Of a stretch of DNA of 27,854 nt, positions 13,944-24,213 are shown in pieces. A model generated the notes under the pieces. The model searched no databases. It was given only the letters and a program-made list of their open reading frames with translations, and was not told the DNA's origin. The DNA is from Planctomycetota bacterium. GTDB taxonomy: Bacteria > Planctomycetota > UBA11346. The number at the start of each line of letters is the position of its first letter. Within the stretch, counting starts at the first letter, position 1. The DNA lies in contig JBBQSO010000070.1 in NCBI GenBank assembly GCA_038213805.1, positions 1 to 27,854 on the forward strand. The letters run 5' to 3'. Both the position numbers and the translations under genes were made by a program.

Positions 13944-16043
13944 ATGCCCCAGCCACGCCGACCATCGGATCACCCGCACGCCCCGCGGCGGCGCGGACGC
14001 GGCCAGGGCGACGACACCGAGCGCGTGCGCATCCCGGCCGCGCGCGGCAACCAGGCGGTCACCGTTGGAGCGGTCGTGATCGCCGTGATCGGCGGCGTGC
14101 TCCTGTGGGTGATGTGGTCGCGGTCGACGCCGGTGGTGATGGTGCCGCCCGCCGCAGCCCCGGCCCCGGCCCCGGGGATCGCACCGGCGCCACCGACCCA
14201 CGGATCTCCGCCCGCGCCGGCCGTGGCGAAGACTTTCGCGCGCGGCATCGCCTTCGGCACCGCGGGGGTGACCATCGCCGGCCAGCGCTGGCTGGGACTG
14301 GCCCAGGCGCAGGCGAACGGCCTGGAGCTGGCCGCGGGCACGGCGGCTGCGCCGCCGGCGTCGATCGCTGCGTCGCGCCTCGACTTCGAGACCAAGACCA
14401 TGCTCGACGGCGGCCTCGCCGCGCGTGGGCCGGTCAAGCTCAGCCAGGCGCTGCCCAATGGCGACTACGAGGTGACCCTGTGGGTCGCGGGCGCCCAGGG
14501 GGTCGATGCGTCCCTGCTGGCGCTGCGCCTGGACGGCAGCGACGTGGCGGTCGGCGCGGTCACCGGCGCGGCGACGTGGCGCCGCCTCGGCCCGTATCCG
14601 GTCGGCGTGCGCCATCGTCTGCTGGCGATCTCGCTCGACGGCCTCGGCGCTGCGCACCTGGCCGGGCTCGCCCTGACGGCGCTGGGCAGCGGCGAGGCGA
14701 CCGTGCCGCCCGTGGTCGGCCTAACCAGCCCGGGTCCCGGTGCGCAGCTCTACAGCGGCGACATCCCGCTGATCGCGGACCCCATCCCCGGGACCGGACG
14801 CCTCGCCAAGGTCGAGTTCTTCGACGGCGCGACCAGGCTCGGCGAGGCGCTCGCGCCGCCGTGGACGTGGACCTGGAGCCACCCCGCGAGCGGCCGCCAC
14901 GAACTCTCCGCGGTGGCCAGCGACGTCGCGGCCGCGCGCGCGAGCAGCGCACCCGTGGCCATGACGATCAAGGCCGACGATGGCTCACCCGATCTGCGCA
15001 TCGAGCGCGCCAAGGACGCGCTGCGCGGACTCGGCCTGGAATCGTCGCTGCTGGTCCAGGACGCCGACGGCCTGCACCTCAGCCTGCGCGACACCACCAT
15101 CACCGACATCGCGTGGCTCACGGGCGTGCCGCTCACCGACCTCGACATCCGCGGCTCCAGGCTCACCGACCTCAGCGCGCTCGCCGGCATGCCGCTGCGC
15201 CGCCTGCTGATGAATGACGCCCGACCACGCGACTTCACCTTCCTCAAGGGCCTGCCGCTGACCGAGCTGCGCGTCTGGAACTGCGGCATGCCCGATTTCG
15301 CGCCGCTCGCCGGCATGCGCCTCGAGCTGCTTGAGGCCGGCAAGAACCCGGTGACCGACCTGCGCCCGCTCGCCGGCATGCCGCTGCGCTACCTCTATCT
15401 GCAGCACAACGCGATCGTCGACCTCGCCCCGCTCGCCGGGCTGGCGAAGCTGGAGGACCTCGACATCGGCGGCACCCGGGTGCGCGACCTCGCCCCGCTC
15501 GCCGGGCTGCCACTGCTGCAACTGCGGCTGTGGGGCTGCCCGCTGGCCAGCCTGGCCCCGCTCGCAGGGGTGCGGCTGAAGCTGCTCAACATCAGCGGCT
15601 GCAACCTCGATTGCACGCCGCTCAGGGGCATGCCGCTCGAGGAGCTGACCATCGGCGAGAGCACCCTGAGCGACCTCGCGCCGTTCGCCGGCATGCCGCT
15701 GCGTCGCCTCGACCTGTGGAATTCGCACGTGGTCTCGTTGGCGCCGCTCGCCGGCATGAAGCTGGAGATGCTGCGCATGGGCTACACCCCGGTCACCGAC
15801 CTGGCGCCGCTCGCCGGCATGCCGCTGGTGGAGCTCGACCTGCGCGGCAGCGAGATGCTGGGCTCGCTCGCGCCGGTCGCCACCCTCGCCAGCCTGCGCA
15901 GCCTGGGCCTGCCGGCGCACCGTCCCGATCTCGACCGACTGCGCAGCCTGGGCAACGTGCAGATCCACGAGATCGACCGCCCCGAATCGCGCGATGTGGG
16001 CGTGTTCTTCACGGCACTGGACGCGGCGAACGGGAAGCAGTGA
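13944..16043 (+). CDS. Membrane-anchored Ig-like/LRR protein (paralogue 2)
   Basis: Collinear with paralogue 1 (RLDFETKTMLD, LPNGDYEV.LWVAGAQG.D, RMGYTPV.DL); AGGA before ATG 13944. Confidence 0.88.
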   Translation: MPQPRRPSDHPHAPRRRGRGQGDDTERVRIPAARGNQAVTVGAVVIAVIGGVLLWVMWSRSTPVVMVPPAAAPAPAPGIAPAPPTHGSPPAPAVAKTFARGIAFGTAGVTIAGQRWLGLAQAQANGLELAAGTAAAPPASIAASRLDFETKTMLDGGLAARGPVKLSQALPNGDYEVTLWVAGAQGVDASLLALRLDGSDVAVGAVTGAATWRRLGPYPVGVRHRLLAISLDGLGAAHLAGLALTALGSGEATVPPVVGLTSPGPGAQLYSGDIPLIADPIPGTGRLAKVEFFDGATRLGEALAPPWTWTWSHPASGRHELSAVASDVAAARASSAPVAMTIKADDGSPDLRIERAKDALRGLGLESSLLVQDADGLHLSLRDTTITDIAWLTGVPLTDLDIRGSRLTDLSALAGMPLRRLLMNDARPRDFTFLKGLPLTELRVWNCGMPDFAPLAGMRLELLEAGKNPVTDLRPLAGMPLRYLYLQHNAIVDLAPLAGLAKLEDLDIGGTRVRDLAPLAGLPLLQLRLWGCPLASLAPLAGVRLKLLNISGCNLDCTPLRGMPLEELTIGESTLSDLAPFAGMPLRRLDLWNSHVVSLAPLAGMKLEMLRMGYTPVTDLAPLAGMPLVELDLRGSEMLGSLAPVATLASLRSLGLPAHRPDLDRLRSLGNVQIHEIDRPESRDVGVFFTALDAANGKQ

Positions 16044-16110
16044 GGGGGCGCCGCGCCACGACCCGCGCCGCGCGGGACGCTGCGCGCCCGGGGCACCCGG
16101 GCGACACCGC

Positions 16111-17064
16111 ATGATCCCCGACCCCGCACGCATCCGCGCCACCCGCCGCTGGGCGCTCGGTGAGGGCCTGATGGTCGGCGCGGTGGCGGCGGTGATCACG
16201 GTCGCGCTAGTGCCGACGTGGGCGGGTGGGGCGCTGGCGGCGGTGGTCGGCACCGCGCTGCTTGCCGGCATCCACCGTGGCGAGACGCGCATCGTGCGGC
16301 GGCGCCTCGCGGTGATGGCGCGGCCCTTCCCGGTGGCGTGGGAGGCGGTCCTGCGCGCGCGCATCCCGTATTACGCCTCGCTGGAACCGGCCGAGCGCAC
16401 GCGCTTCCAGCAGCTCGTCGCGCTGTTCCTCGATGAAAAGCCGATCCACGGCGTCGGCTGCGCCATCGACGACACCGCGCGCCTGCTGGTCGCGGCGAGC
16501 GCGATCATCCCGGTCTTCGCCTTCCCTGGTTGGGAATACACCACGCTGCGCAAGGTGCTGATCCGGCCCGAGGCCTTCGACGCCGAGTTCCGCGCCGAGG
16601 CCGCCTCGCCCGGCACGACGGGGGCCAGGGCGCTGGGCATGGTCGGCAACTCGGGCTGGTTCGACGGGGTGATGATCCTGTCGCTGCCCGACCTGCTCGC
16701 GGGTTTCGCGGAGGGCGCCGGCAAGCACCACGTCGGCATCCACGAGTTCGCTCATCTCATCGACCGTTCGGATGGGGCGATCGACGGCGTGCCGGCGACC
16801 CTGCCGCGCGCCTGCCTGCGCCCGTGGACCACGCTGGTGCACGAGCACCTCGCGCACCGCGCCGGCGCGGACTCGGGGCTGCCCGCCTACGGCTATACCA
16901 ATGAGGCGGAGTTCTTCGCGGTCGCCAGCGAGTACTTCTTCCAGTCGCCGGCCGAGTTGGCGCGCCGCGATCCGCCGCTCTACGCGCTGCTCGCGAGCGT
17001 CTTCCGCCAGGACATGCTGGCGCGGACGCGGCGGACGGACCCCGGGCACGAGCCGCCGCGGTGA
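16111..17064 (+). CDS. Zinc-dependent peptidase, M90 / MtfA-like, with N-terminal TM helices
   Basis: HEFAHLID..DGAIDGVP and YGYTNEAEFFAVASEYFFQSP..L...PPLYALL. Confidence 0.9.
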   Translation: MIPDPARIRATRRWALGEGLMVGAVAAVITVALVPTWAGGALAAVVGTALLAGIHRGETRIVRRRLAVMARPFPVAWEAVLRARIPYYASLEPAERTRFQQLVALFLDEKPIHGVGCAIDDTARLLVAASAIIPVFAFPGWEYTTLRKVLIRPEAFDAEFRAEAASPGTTGARALGMVGNSGWFDGVMILSLPDLLAGFAEGAGKHHVGIHEFAHLIDRSDGAIDGVPATLPRACLRPWTTLVHEHLAHRAGADSGLPAYGYTNEAEFFAVASEYFFQSPAELARRDPPLYALLASVFRQDMLARTRRTDPGHEPPR

Positions 17065-17116
17065 GTGCCGCGCGCCTGTTATCGTCAGACGGAGCAGGCG
17101 GCAGCGGCTGGCGACA

Positions 17117-17566
17117 TCACGGTAACGCCGCCTGCGCGTGGGCGGCCCAGGTATCCATGATGTACCACCAACCGCCGACGCGCACGCACGGGTAGCGCAC
17201 CGTTCTCGCCGTGCGCGTAAATGGATCGTAGAGCACGGCGACGACCACTGCTTCGGGCACGAAGCCGGGACGCGCGTAGTCCGCCAGGTCGCGGGTGTCG
17301 GGCGCGCGACTGGTCAACGCGATGATGCGGTACCCGTGACTCGGCAGCGCGCCGTGGTTGGCGACGCAGTTCTTGAAGTCGAACTGCCCGCGCACCGCCG
17401 TCGGGGCGGGCACGAACAGCTCAGCGATTTCCTGCTGGCCGGCGGTGCCGAGCGCACAGCGCACCACGCCGCGCGGCGAGAAATGGTGGCGGTGCATGTA
17501 GAGGAACCAGCCGCCGGCCGCGAGCAGGGCGGCGGCGAGCGCGAAGGCCAACGCCCGCGCCGTCAT
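17117..17566 (-). CDS. Hypothetical protein with an N-terminal signal or anchor
   Basis: Hydrophobic N-terminus (LAFALAAALLAAGGWFLY), high-GC3 codons, C-terminal VRVGGWWYI. Confidence 0.65.
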   Translation of the reverse strand: MTARALAFALAAALLAAGGWFLYMHRHHFSPRGVVRCALGTAGQQEIAELFVPAPTAVRGQFDFKNCVANHGALPSHGYRIIALTSRAPDTRDLADYARPGFVPEAVVVAVLYDPFTRTARTVRYPCVRVGGWWYIMDTWAAHAQAALP

Positions 17567-17701
17567 CACAGCGGATCGCGTGGGGCGGCGGGCATCGCGG
17601 CGACTGTCGGCGGACGCGGATGCGGTGCAATCTGCGAGGGCGGAGCAGGCGGCTGCGGCGCGCAGCTTCGCGGTGCCCAGACCATGCGGTGATGCTGATC
17701 G

Positions 17702-18835
17702 CTAGCAGCGCGGCGGCAGGCTGCCCGCTTCGAGCTCGACCAGCTGCGGCGGCACCGCGAGCAGCTGCGCGCCCTCCGGCAGCTGGCCGCGGATGCGCCC
17801 GAGCAGCAGTTCGACCACCGCCTGGCCGACGCGGTCGTTGCGTTTGTCGACGGTGGCCAGCGGGCCGATCGTGCTGAAGCGGCCGGAGGTGACCTCTGGC
17901 CACACGTGGTCGTAGCCGATCAGGTCGATGTCGCGGTTGGCCTGCTTGCCGAGGCGCGCCAGGCTGTGCACCAGCAGCGGGATCTCGAAGTCGTTGAGCG
18001 CGAGGATGGCGTCGATGCCGGCGAGCACGTGTGGCGCGAGCTGCTCGGCGGTGCGCTGTGCCCAGAAGGCCAGGCCGACCTCGTCGCCGAAGTCGGGGTG
18101 CTCCATGGTCAGCGGCGCCAGCGCCACGCCGCCGGTGTCGGCGATGGCGCGCTGGTAGCCGGCGAGGCGGTCGCGCTGCCACTGGTTGCGCAGCGGCAGC
18201 ATCGGCAGGATGCGCCGCCGTCCGCGTGCGCGCAGCCAGCGCGTCGCCGCCTCGGCGCCGGCGATGTGGTCGCTCCACACCCGGTCGAAGCCGGCCATGG
18301 CCGGTTCCTCGCCGACCGCGACCACCGGCACCGCCAGGCGGCGCAGGCTGGCGGCAAGGCTGGCGAGGTCGACCACGCCGCCATTCCAGCCCAGCACCAC
18401 GCCGACCAGGGCCCCGGGCGGGTGCGCGGGCAGGTCAAGCAGGTGGCGCGGGTGCACGCTCAGCACCGCGAAGCCGGCGCGGCGCAGCTCGAGCTGGGTG
18501 GCATGCAGCACGCGTTCGAGCCAGCCGGGCTGGTGCATGTACGTCGGATCGAGACCGGGCAGATCGTCGACGATCAGCACGGTCGAGCCAAACGATGGGG
18601 CGACCGCTGGCGGTACCGGACCGCCGCCAACGACGCGGTGTTCGCTATCGAGGGTATGCTCCCCGACCAGGGTGGCGAGCAGCCGGCGCACGGTGGTGCG
18701 GGCGACGCCGAGGTCGGTGGCCAGCTGGCGTTCGGACGGCAGTCCGCGGCCGGCGGGATAGCGGCCGTCACTCAGGCGCAGGCGCAGCTCGTCGAGGGCG
18801 CGGCGGTATTCGATGCGCGGTTTCCGGCCAACCAT
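17702..18835 (-). CDS. GntR-family HTH fused to a LacI-type sugar-binding domain (AraR-like architecture)
   Basis: GRYPAGRGLPSERQLATDLGVARTTVRRLL..LVGE; VWSDHIAGAEAATRWL..GRRRI; DAILALND; DIDLIGYD; LATVD. Confidence 0.92.
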   Translation of the reverse strand: MVGRKPRIEYRRALDELRLRLSDGRYPAGRGLPSERQLATDLGVARTTVRRLLATLVGEHTLDSEHRVVGGGPVPPAVAPSFGSTVLIVDDLPGLDPTYMHQPGWLERVLHATQLELRRAGFAVLSVHPRHLLDLPAHPPGALVGVVLGWNGGVVDLASLAASLRRLAVPVVAVGEEPAMAGFDRVWSDHIAGAEAATRWLRARGRRRILPMLPLRNQWQRDRLAGYQRAIADTGGVALAPLTMEHPDFGDEVGLAFWAQRTAEQLAPHVLAGIDAILALNDFEIPLLVHSLARLGKQANRDIDLIGYDHVWPEVTSGRFSTIGPLATVDKRNDRVGQAVVELLLGRIRGQLPEGAQLLAVPPQLVELEAGSLPPRC

Positions 18836-18914
18836 GTTGATAGTAAATAGACCAATGGATCACAAATCAATGACTAAAGACCAACAACAGGACCAGATGC
18901 CGGTACGTTGTGCC

Positions 18915-21900
18915 ATGCGCTGCCTGCTTCTCCTCGCGCTCGTCGGCCTCGTCGCCGCGAGCGAACCGCTCACCGTCACCTCGACCGCCTGGTCCTTCAG
19001 CGCCGCCGAGGGCTGGGGGGTGTGGTGGCCGGAAGACGCCAAGCCCAAGCCCTTCACGGTCGAGCAGCTCGCAGACGGCCTGCGCCTGACCCTCGCCCCG
19101 GGCAGCGACGAGCTGCGCCTGAACCTGTGGAGCGAGCGCTTCAAGTCCCGCGACCTGCTCGGCGACCCGCAGGCGGTGCTGGTTGATGTCGAGCAGGTCT
19201 CCGGCCAGGCGGTGATCGGACTCGATCTGTTCGACAGCCAGCAGGAGGGCCTGCACTTCGCCGATCGCCAGCTTGCCGTCGGCCGCCAGACCCTGACCTG
19301 GGCGATGAGCGAGGCGCCGCAGCACTCGTGGGGCGAGCACCGGAATATGCATCCCGACCCGCCGCTCGGCCTGTGGGGCCTGTCGATCGGACGTGGCGCT
19401 GCGACCACGCCGACGGTGCTGGTGCTGCACGCCGGCCAGCGCCGCGAGCAGCGTCACGCTGCCGAGCTGGTCACCGTCACCCTCGATACCGGCTCGCCCA
19501 TCCACCTGCTCGCGCCGGGCGGCGCGCCGGTGCTGGTGCTCACCAACCGCAGCCCGGTGGTGGCCCCGGTCGCGCTTACCGTCAGCGACGAGGACTGGGC
19601 CGGGACCATGCGCCACGCCCAGGCCGAAGTCACCGTGCCCGCCAATGGCCAGCTGCGCTGGACGCTGCCCGACGCGCCGACGACGCGCGGCATCCACTGG
19701 ATCGAATGCGCCATCGCCGATGTCGGCGATGCGACCGCGCGCGTTTCAGAGCGTCTGCCCTACGCGCGTATCGATGCGCCGGTGGTGCGCACCAAGGACG
19801 ACGGCTTCCTGTTCGGCGTGGTCGGCGGCATCCCCAATCCGGGTCCGGACAGCGCGGCCTATCTACGGGACGCAGTCGACACCGTGCGCTGGCTTGGCCT
19901 GCGCACCATCCGCACCGGCGTGAATTGGGAATACGTCGAGGACACGCCGGGCAAATGGAACGACGCGCACCTCGACTGGTTCTCCAAGGGCATCGACCGC
20001 TTCGCGGCGATCGGCACGCGCATCCAATTCCTGCTCTGCTACTGCACGCGCTACGCCGCGGCGCCGGAAAAGCAGAAGGCAGAGGACCACCTGCAATGGA
20101 TGTTCTCGCCGCCCGACCTCGAGGCGTGGCGGCGCTACGTCGCCAAGATGGTCGAGCGCTATGGCGACCGCGTGAAGATCTGGGAGGCGTGGAACGAGGC
20201 CGACATCGAGTTCTGGCGCGGCACCATCGAGCAGTACGAGCAGCTGCTGCATGTCACCCACGACGAGGTCAAGCGCGGTGACCCGACGCGGCTGGTGATG
20301 AACAGCGGCTTCGCCTTCGCGTGGCCGCGCAACGGCAACCACACCGCCGAGGTGCACTACCGCGTCGCCAAGGAGAGCCGCGCCGACTACGACATCCTTG
20401 CCTACCATCTGCACAACGCCTTCCCCGAGTACCGCTACATCCTCGAAGGCTGGCTCGCCGACGTGCGCAAGGGTGCTGGCGATCCGCCGCTGCTGTTCAA
20501 CGAGTGCGCGGTCAACCTCGACGTCTACGGCGAGCGCGGGCAGGCCGAGCAGCTGCCGAAGAAGCTGATGTTCGCCTGGACGCAGCGCGCGCTCGGCTAC
20601 TTCTGGTACGACCTTACCGGCGGCCTGCGCCGGCCGGTGCCCGGGCACGACGCCAACTGGGGCCTGATGACCGAGGACTTCCACCCGCGCGCGGTGTTCT
20701 GCTCGTACCACACGTTGATGGGCCTGCTCGCCGACGCCACCTGCGGCGGCCGCCTGCCGACCGCGCGCGAACGCTACGCGGTGCGCTTCGACACCCCGCA
20801 GGGCCAGGTGGTGGGCGCCTGGGACGAGGAGGAACGCAAGGCCAGCGAGCCGCTGGTGTTGGCGGTCGGGCCGCACGCGCGCTGCACCGCCGTCGACTTG
20901 ATGGGCGTGCGCCGTCCGCTGGCCAGCGACGGCGGCATCTGCCTGATGGAGGTCGGACATACCCCCGCCTACGTGCTGATCGCGGGCGCCGACGCGCAGG
21001 TGACGGTGCAGCCGCCGCTGGTGCACCTCGACGGCGGCATCACGGCCGTGCCCGGCCGCAGCGCCACGCTGCGCCTGGCGCTCGCCGACCCGCTCGCGCA
21101 GCCGGCGACGCTGCGCCTGGACTGGACGCTGCCCGCGGGCTTCGGGCCGGTCGCCGCGCAGAGCGTGGAGCTGGCCCCCGGACCCGCGCGCAACATCGAT
21201 GTGGCGTTGCCGGTCGCCGGCGGCCGGCCGGTGCGGATCGGCGAGATCGCCACCTGCACGCTGCGCGTCGCCATCGCCGGGACCGGCCACGCGGCTGCAC
21301 TGGCGGTGCCGGTGCAGCTCATCCCGGTGCTGCCCGCCGGCGCGTTCACACGCGCGGCGGACTTCGTCCTTGCCGAGCGCAGCGAGATCATCGACCTGCA
21401 CGCCAACGTGCCGCAGCGCGAGCAACGCAACTGGACCGGACCGGCGGATCTCTCAGCGCAGGTCTGGATCGGCCGCCAGGGCGACCGCCTGGCGCTGCGC
21501 GCCGTGGTGCGCGACGACAAGCACGTGCAGGGCCACGCCGCGGGCGAAGCCTGGCAGGGCGATTCCCTGCAGGTGGGGCTCGCGGTGCCGGGCAGCCGCG
21601 ACTTCTGGGAGTTCACCCTGGCGCGGGACGGCGTCAGCGGCGCCGCGCTGATCGCCAACACCGCGCACCCGCCCGGCGCCGCCGATGCGGCCGGGCAGAC
21701 CGCCTTGATCACCACGCGCGTGGGTGATCTCACCACTTACGAGGTGAGCTGGCCGCTCGCGGCCCTTGGTCTGAACGCCGAGCGCGTGCGCACGGGGCTC
21801 GCCGTCGACCTGCTGGTCAACGACGACGACGGCGAGGGGCGCGACGGTTGGATCGAGCTCGCGCCGGGCCTTGGTCACGAGAAGGAGCCGGGGCGCTTCC

Positions 21901-21920
21901 CGGTGCTCAGTCTGGAATAG
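18915..21920 (+). CDS. Secreted multidomain glycoside hydrolase (clan GH-A, GH39/GH5-like barrel) with a C-terminal CBM9-like domain
   Basis: Signal peptide MRCLLLLALVGLVAAS; WEAWNEAD (acid/base), DILAYHLH, LLFNECA (nucleophile), NWGLM; C-terminal VRDDKH..WQGDSLQ..YEVSWP..LLVNDDDG. Confidence 0.85.
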   Translation: MRCLLLLALVGLVAASEPLTVTSTAWSFSAAEGWGVWWPEDAKPKPFTVEQLADGLRLTLAPGSDELRLNLWSERFKSRDLLGDPQAVLVDVEQVSGQAVIGLDLFDSQQEGLHFADRQLAVGRQTLTWAMSEAPQHSWGEHRNMHPDPPLGLWGLSIGRGAATTPTVLVLHAGQRREQRHAAELVTVTLDTGSPIHLLAPGGAPVLVLTNRSPVVAPVALTVSDEDWAGTMRHAQAEVTVPANGQLRWTLPDAPTTRGIHWIECAIADVGDATARVSERLPYARIDAPVVRTKDDGFLFGVVGGIPNPGPDSAAYLRDAVDTVRWLGLRTIRTGVNWEYVEDTPGKWNDAHLDWFSKGIDRFAAIGTRIQFLLCYCTRYAAAPEKQKAEDHLQWMFSPPDLEAWRRYVAKMVERYGDRVKIWEAWNEADIEFWRGTIEQYEQLLHVTHDEVKRGDPTRLVMNSGFAFAWPRNGNHTAEVHYRVAKESRADYDILAYHLHNAFPEYRYILEGWLADVRKGAGDPPLLFNECAVNLDVYGERGQAEQLPKKLMFAWTQRALGYFWYDLTGGLRRPVPGHDANWGLMTEDFHPRAVFCSYHTLMGLLADATCGGRLPTARERYAVRFDTPQGQVVGAWDEEERKASEPLVLAVGPHARCTAVDLMGVRRPLASDGGICLMEVGHTPAYVLIAGADAQVTVQPPLVHLDGGITAVPGRSATLRLALADPLAQPATLRLDWTLPAGFGPVAAQSVELAPGPARNIDVALPVAGGRPVRIGEIATCTLRVAIAGTGHAAALAVPVQLIPVLPAGAFTRAADFVLAERSEIIDLHANVPQREQRNWTGPADLSAQVWIGRQGDRLALRAVVRDDKHVQGHAAGEAWQGDSLQVGLAVPGSRDFWEFTLARDGVSGAALIANTAHPPGAADAAGQTALITTRVGDLTTYEVSWPLAALGLNAERVRTGLAVDLLVNDDDGEGRDGWIELAPGLGHEKEPGRFPVLSLE

Positions 21921-22057
21921 GCGGGCGCGGATGGCTGCACGCGGAAACGTTGCATCCCGGCTCCATCAGTCAGCATCCGGGTGGTCGCACGGCGCTGCGG
22001 GGTGACCGTCCGGGGTGGGCGGCTCGTTACCGCTGGCGCGCCGGCCAGGAGTCCGTC

Positions 22058-22597
22058 ATGGCCATCACCCTGGGCATCATCGCCGGGCTCATCGTCCTGC
22101 TGCTGCTGATCGTGGCCGTGCGACCGGCCGCCTTCCGCGTTGCGCGCAGCGGCCTGGTGCGGGCGGCGCCGGATACGGCGTTCGCCATCATCAACGATTT
22201 CAGCCAATGGGCGGCGTGGTCGCCGTATGAAGCCCTCGATCCGGCCATGACCAGGACTATCTCGACCCCGTCCCAGGGTGCCGGGGCCAGCTATGCGTGG
22301 GATGGCAACGCCAAGGCCGGCCAGGGCACCATGACCATCCGCGAGTCCGCGCCGCCACGGCTGATCGCCATAACGCTGCAGTTCACCCGTCCCTTCGCCT
22401 GCACCAACCAGGTGCGCTTCGAGATTGAACCGTCCGGCGACGGCAGCCGGGTGAGCTGGATCATGGAGGGCCGTCACGGCTTCATGGGCAAGGCGATGTC
22501 GATGTTCTGCGACATGGACCGCATGATCGGCAAGGATTTCGAGCAGGGGTTGGCCAACCTGGACGTGGTGGCGCATGCGGCGGCCGATCCGTCGTGA
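22058..22597 (+). CDS. SRPBCC / polyketide cyclase-like protein
   Basis: AGGAG then ATG 22058; FRVARS..INDFSQWAAWSPYEALDP..GASYAWDGN..GQGTMTI..IGKDFEQGLANL. Confidence 0.92.
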   Translation: MAITLGIIAGLIVLLLLIVAVRPAAFRVARSGLVRAAPDTAFAIINDFSQWAAWSPYEALDPAMTRTISTPSQGAGASYAWDGNAKAGQGTMTIRESAPPRLIAITLQFTRPFACTNQVRFEIEPSGDGSRVSWIMEGRHGFMGKAMSMFCDMDRMIGKDFEQGLANLDVVAHAAADPS

Positions 22598-23137
22598 CGT
22601 GGGCACGAGCCGTTGCGGCTCTGCAGTCGCCTTCACCTCTTCATGGGGGTTTCCGGGTGATGGGACGCGCGTGTCACCGCTTCGCCCGCTCCACCGCCCC
22701 CACGGCCTTTTCCAGTACCGCCGCATCCGCTCCCAGCACGTTCAGGCGTTGGTCGTTGGACTCTATTCCGAGATCAGTGGGAAGTCCGCGCTCCAGCGGC
22801 AAACGGTGATGGCGCCCTGAGGTCGAGCTTTCCCGCAAGCAGGTAGGCGATGGGGATGACGGTGGATGGATCATTGCATTGCCTCTGATCTGACGCTTTG
22901 CAGGAGGCTGTTGTGTCCTTCCATGCGGGCATTGATCAGTCGCGAGGTTTACCAGCGCAAGCTGCCCTAGGCGCGGTTGCTGATGGGCTTTACCGACTTG
23001 ACCACCCGCTTGAGGGTCGAGGTCATTGCAATGGCCAGTCAGCCCTTGAGAAACCCCGTCGCAGAAAGGAGGTCCGGCTGGCGTCACAGTTCGCGCCACT
23101 CCCGTTATAAAACAGGCAATAACAGCACTGTTACCCG

Positions 23138-24172
23138 ATGACAACCGATTCAACCTCTGGCCCACGTCCTAACTCCTCGTCAGCGCGGGCGGTTGCAGCC
23201 CGGGCTGGGGTGTCGGCCGACACCGTCTGGCAGATCCTGGGCGGCCGTGGTCAGCGCTACAGCCTCGTGACCCAGGCGCGCGTGCGCGAGGCGGCCGAGG
23301 TGCTGGGCTATCGCCGCAACGCCGGCGCCCTGGCCATCAGTACCGGTCGCTTCCGCTGCCTGGCGATGGTCACCAGCACCTCGGGCGATCGCAGCCTGTG
23401 GAACGCCGAGCTGTTCGATGGCCTGGAACGCCGTCTGCGTGGCGAAGGCTACCACTTGGCGATGGCCTGCCTGGCCGACGACCAGATGCAGGACAGCTCC
23501 ATGGCGAAGTTCCTGACCGAACGTTCAGCCGATGGCCTGATCCTCAACTATGTCCACCAGGTGCCGCCCGAGGCCGAGGCCGCCATCGCTCGGCACCGTC
23601 TGCCCGCGGTGTGGATCAATCGCAAGCTGCCATCAGCGTGCTGCTATCCCGACGACCTCGCCGCCGGTCATGACGCGACTCTGGCATTGATCGCTCTTGG
23701 CCATCGCCGCATCGCCTACCTGTCCTCGCACCCCACCCCCCACACCAGTGATGCGGATCGCGCCTGCGGATATGCGCGTGCGATGACGGCAGCCGGGTTG
23801 CCGGTCCGCACCGAGATGAGCCCGGATAGCGCCGATAAACGCGATGCCTGGATGCGGCGGCTGCGCGCCCTGTTGAGTAGTAAGAATCGACCGACCGCGC
23901 TGGTCGCCTATGGACCGTTCGCCGCCTATCCGGTGCTGCGCGTCGCCCAGGAGCTTGGCCTGCGCATCCCTGAGGACCTGTCGCTGGCCACCTTCGCCAC
24001 CGGCGTGGCCTGCGAGTGCGGACCACTGCTGACGACATGGCTGATCCCGATCGAGGCGCTCGGTGCGACCATCGCCGAGCTGGCCCTGGCCGCAGTCGCC
24101 GGTGCGGCGACGCCCGCACGCATCCTGCCCTTCGCCGGGGTGGTTGGCGCCACCCACGCACCTCCTCCGTGA
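23138..24172 (+). CDS. LacI-family transcriptional regulator
   Basis: AVAARAGVSADTVWQIL..RVREAAEVLGYRRN; ADGLIL; LIALGHRRIAY; RPTALV; GLRIPEDLSL. Confidence 0.93.
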   Translation: MTTDSTSGPRPNSSSARAVAARAGVSADTVWQILGGRGQRYSLVTQARVREAAEVLGYRRNAGALAISTGRFRCLAMVTSTSGDRSLWNAELFDGLERRLRGEGYHLAMACLADDQMQDSSMAKFLTERSADGLILNYVHQVPPEAEAAIARHRLPAVWINRKLPSACCYPDDLAAGHDATLALIALGHRRIAYLSSHPTPHTSDADRACGYARAMTAAGLPVRTEMSPDSADKRDAWMRRLRALLSSKNRPTALVAYGPFAAYPVLRVAQELGLRIPEDLSLATFATGVACECGPLLTTWLIPIEALGATIAELALAAVAGAATPARILPFAGVVGATHAPPP

Positions 24173-24213
24173 CCGCTGCCGTTCACGTTCACCTGATCGC
24201 AAGGATTCCTGCC

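Noticed and set aside
12820..15910. 63-bp-period DNA repeats
   Set aside because: Fully explained by 21-aa LRR coding repeats; no reverse transcriptase or template repeat suggesting a diversity-generating retroelement
9016..21425. Long antisense or overlapping ORFs (9016-11322, 14985-16364, 19863-21425; also 1628-3121)
   Set aside because: Typical stop-poor shadow frames of high-GC genes that have clear domains in another frame
22674..23165. 163-aa minus-strand ORF between SRPBCC and LacI
   Set aside because: No RBS, atypical codons, overlaps the lacI start and has no recognisable motif; at most the last 40 or so codons could be a gene remnant
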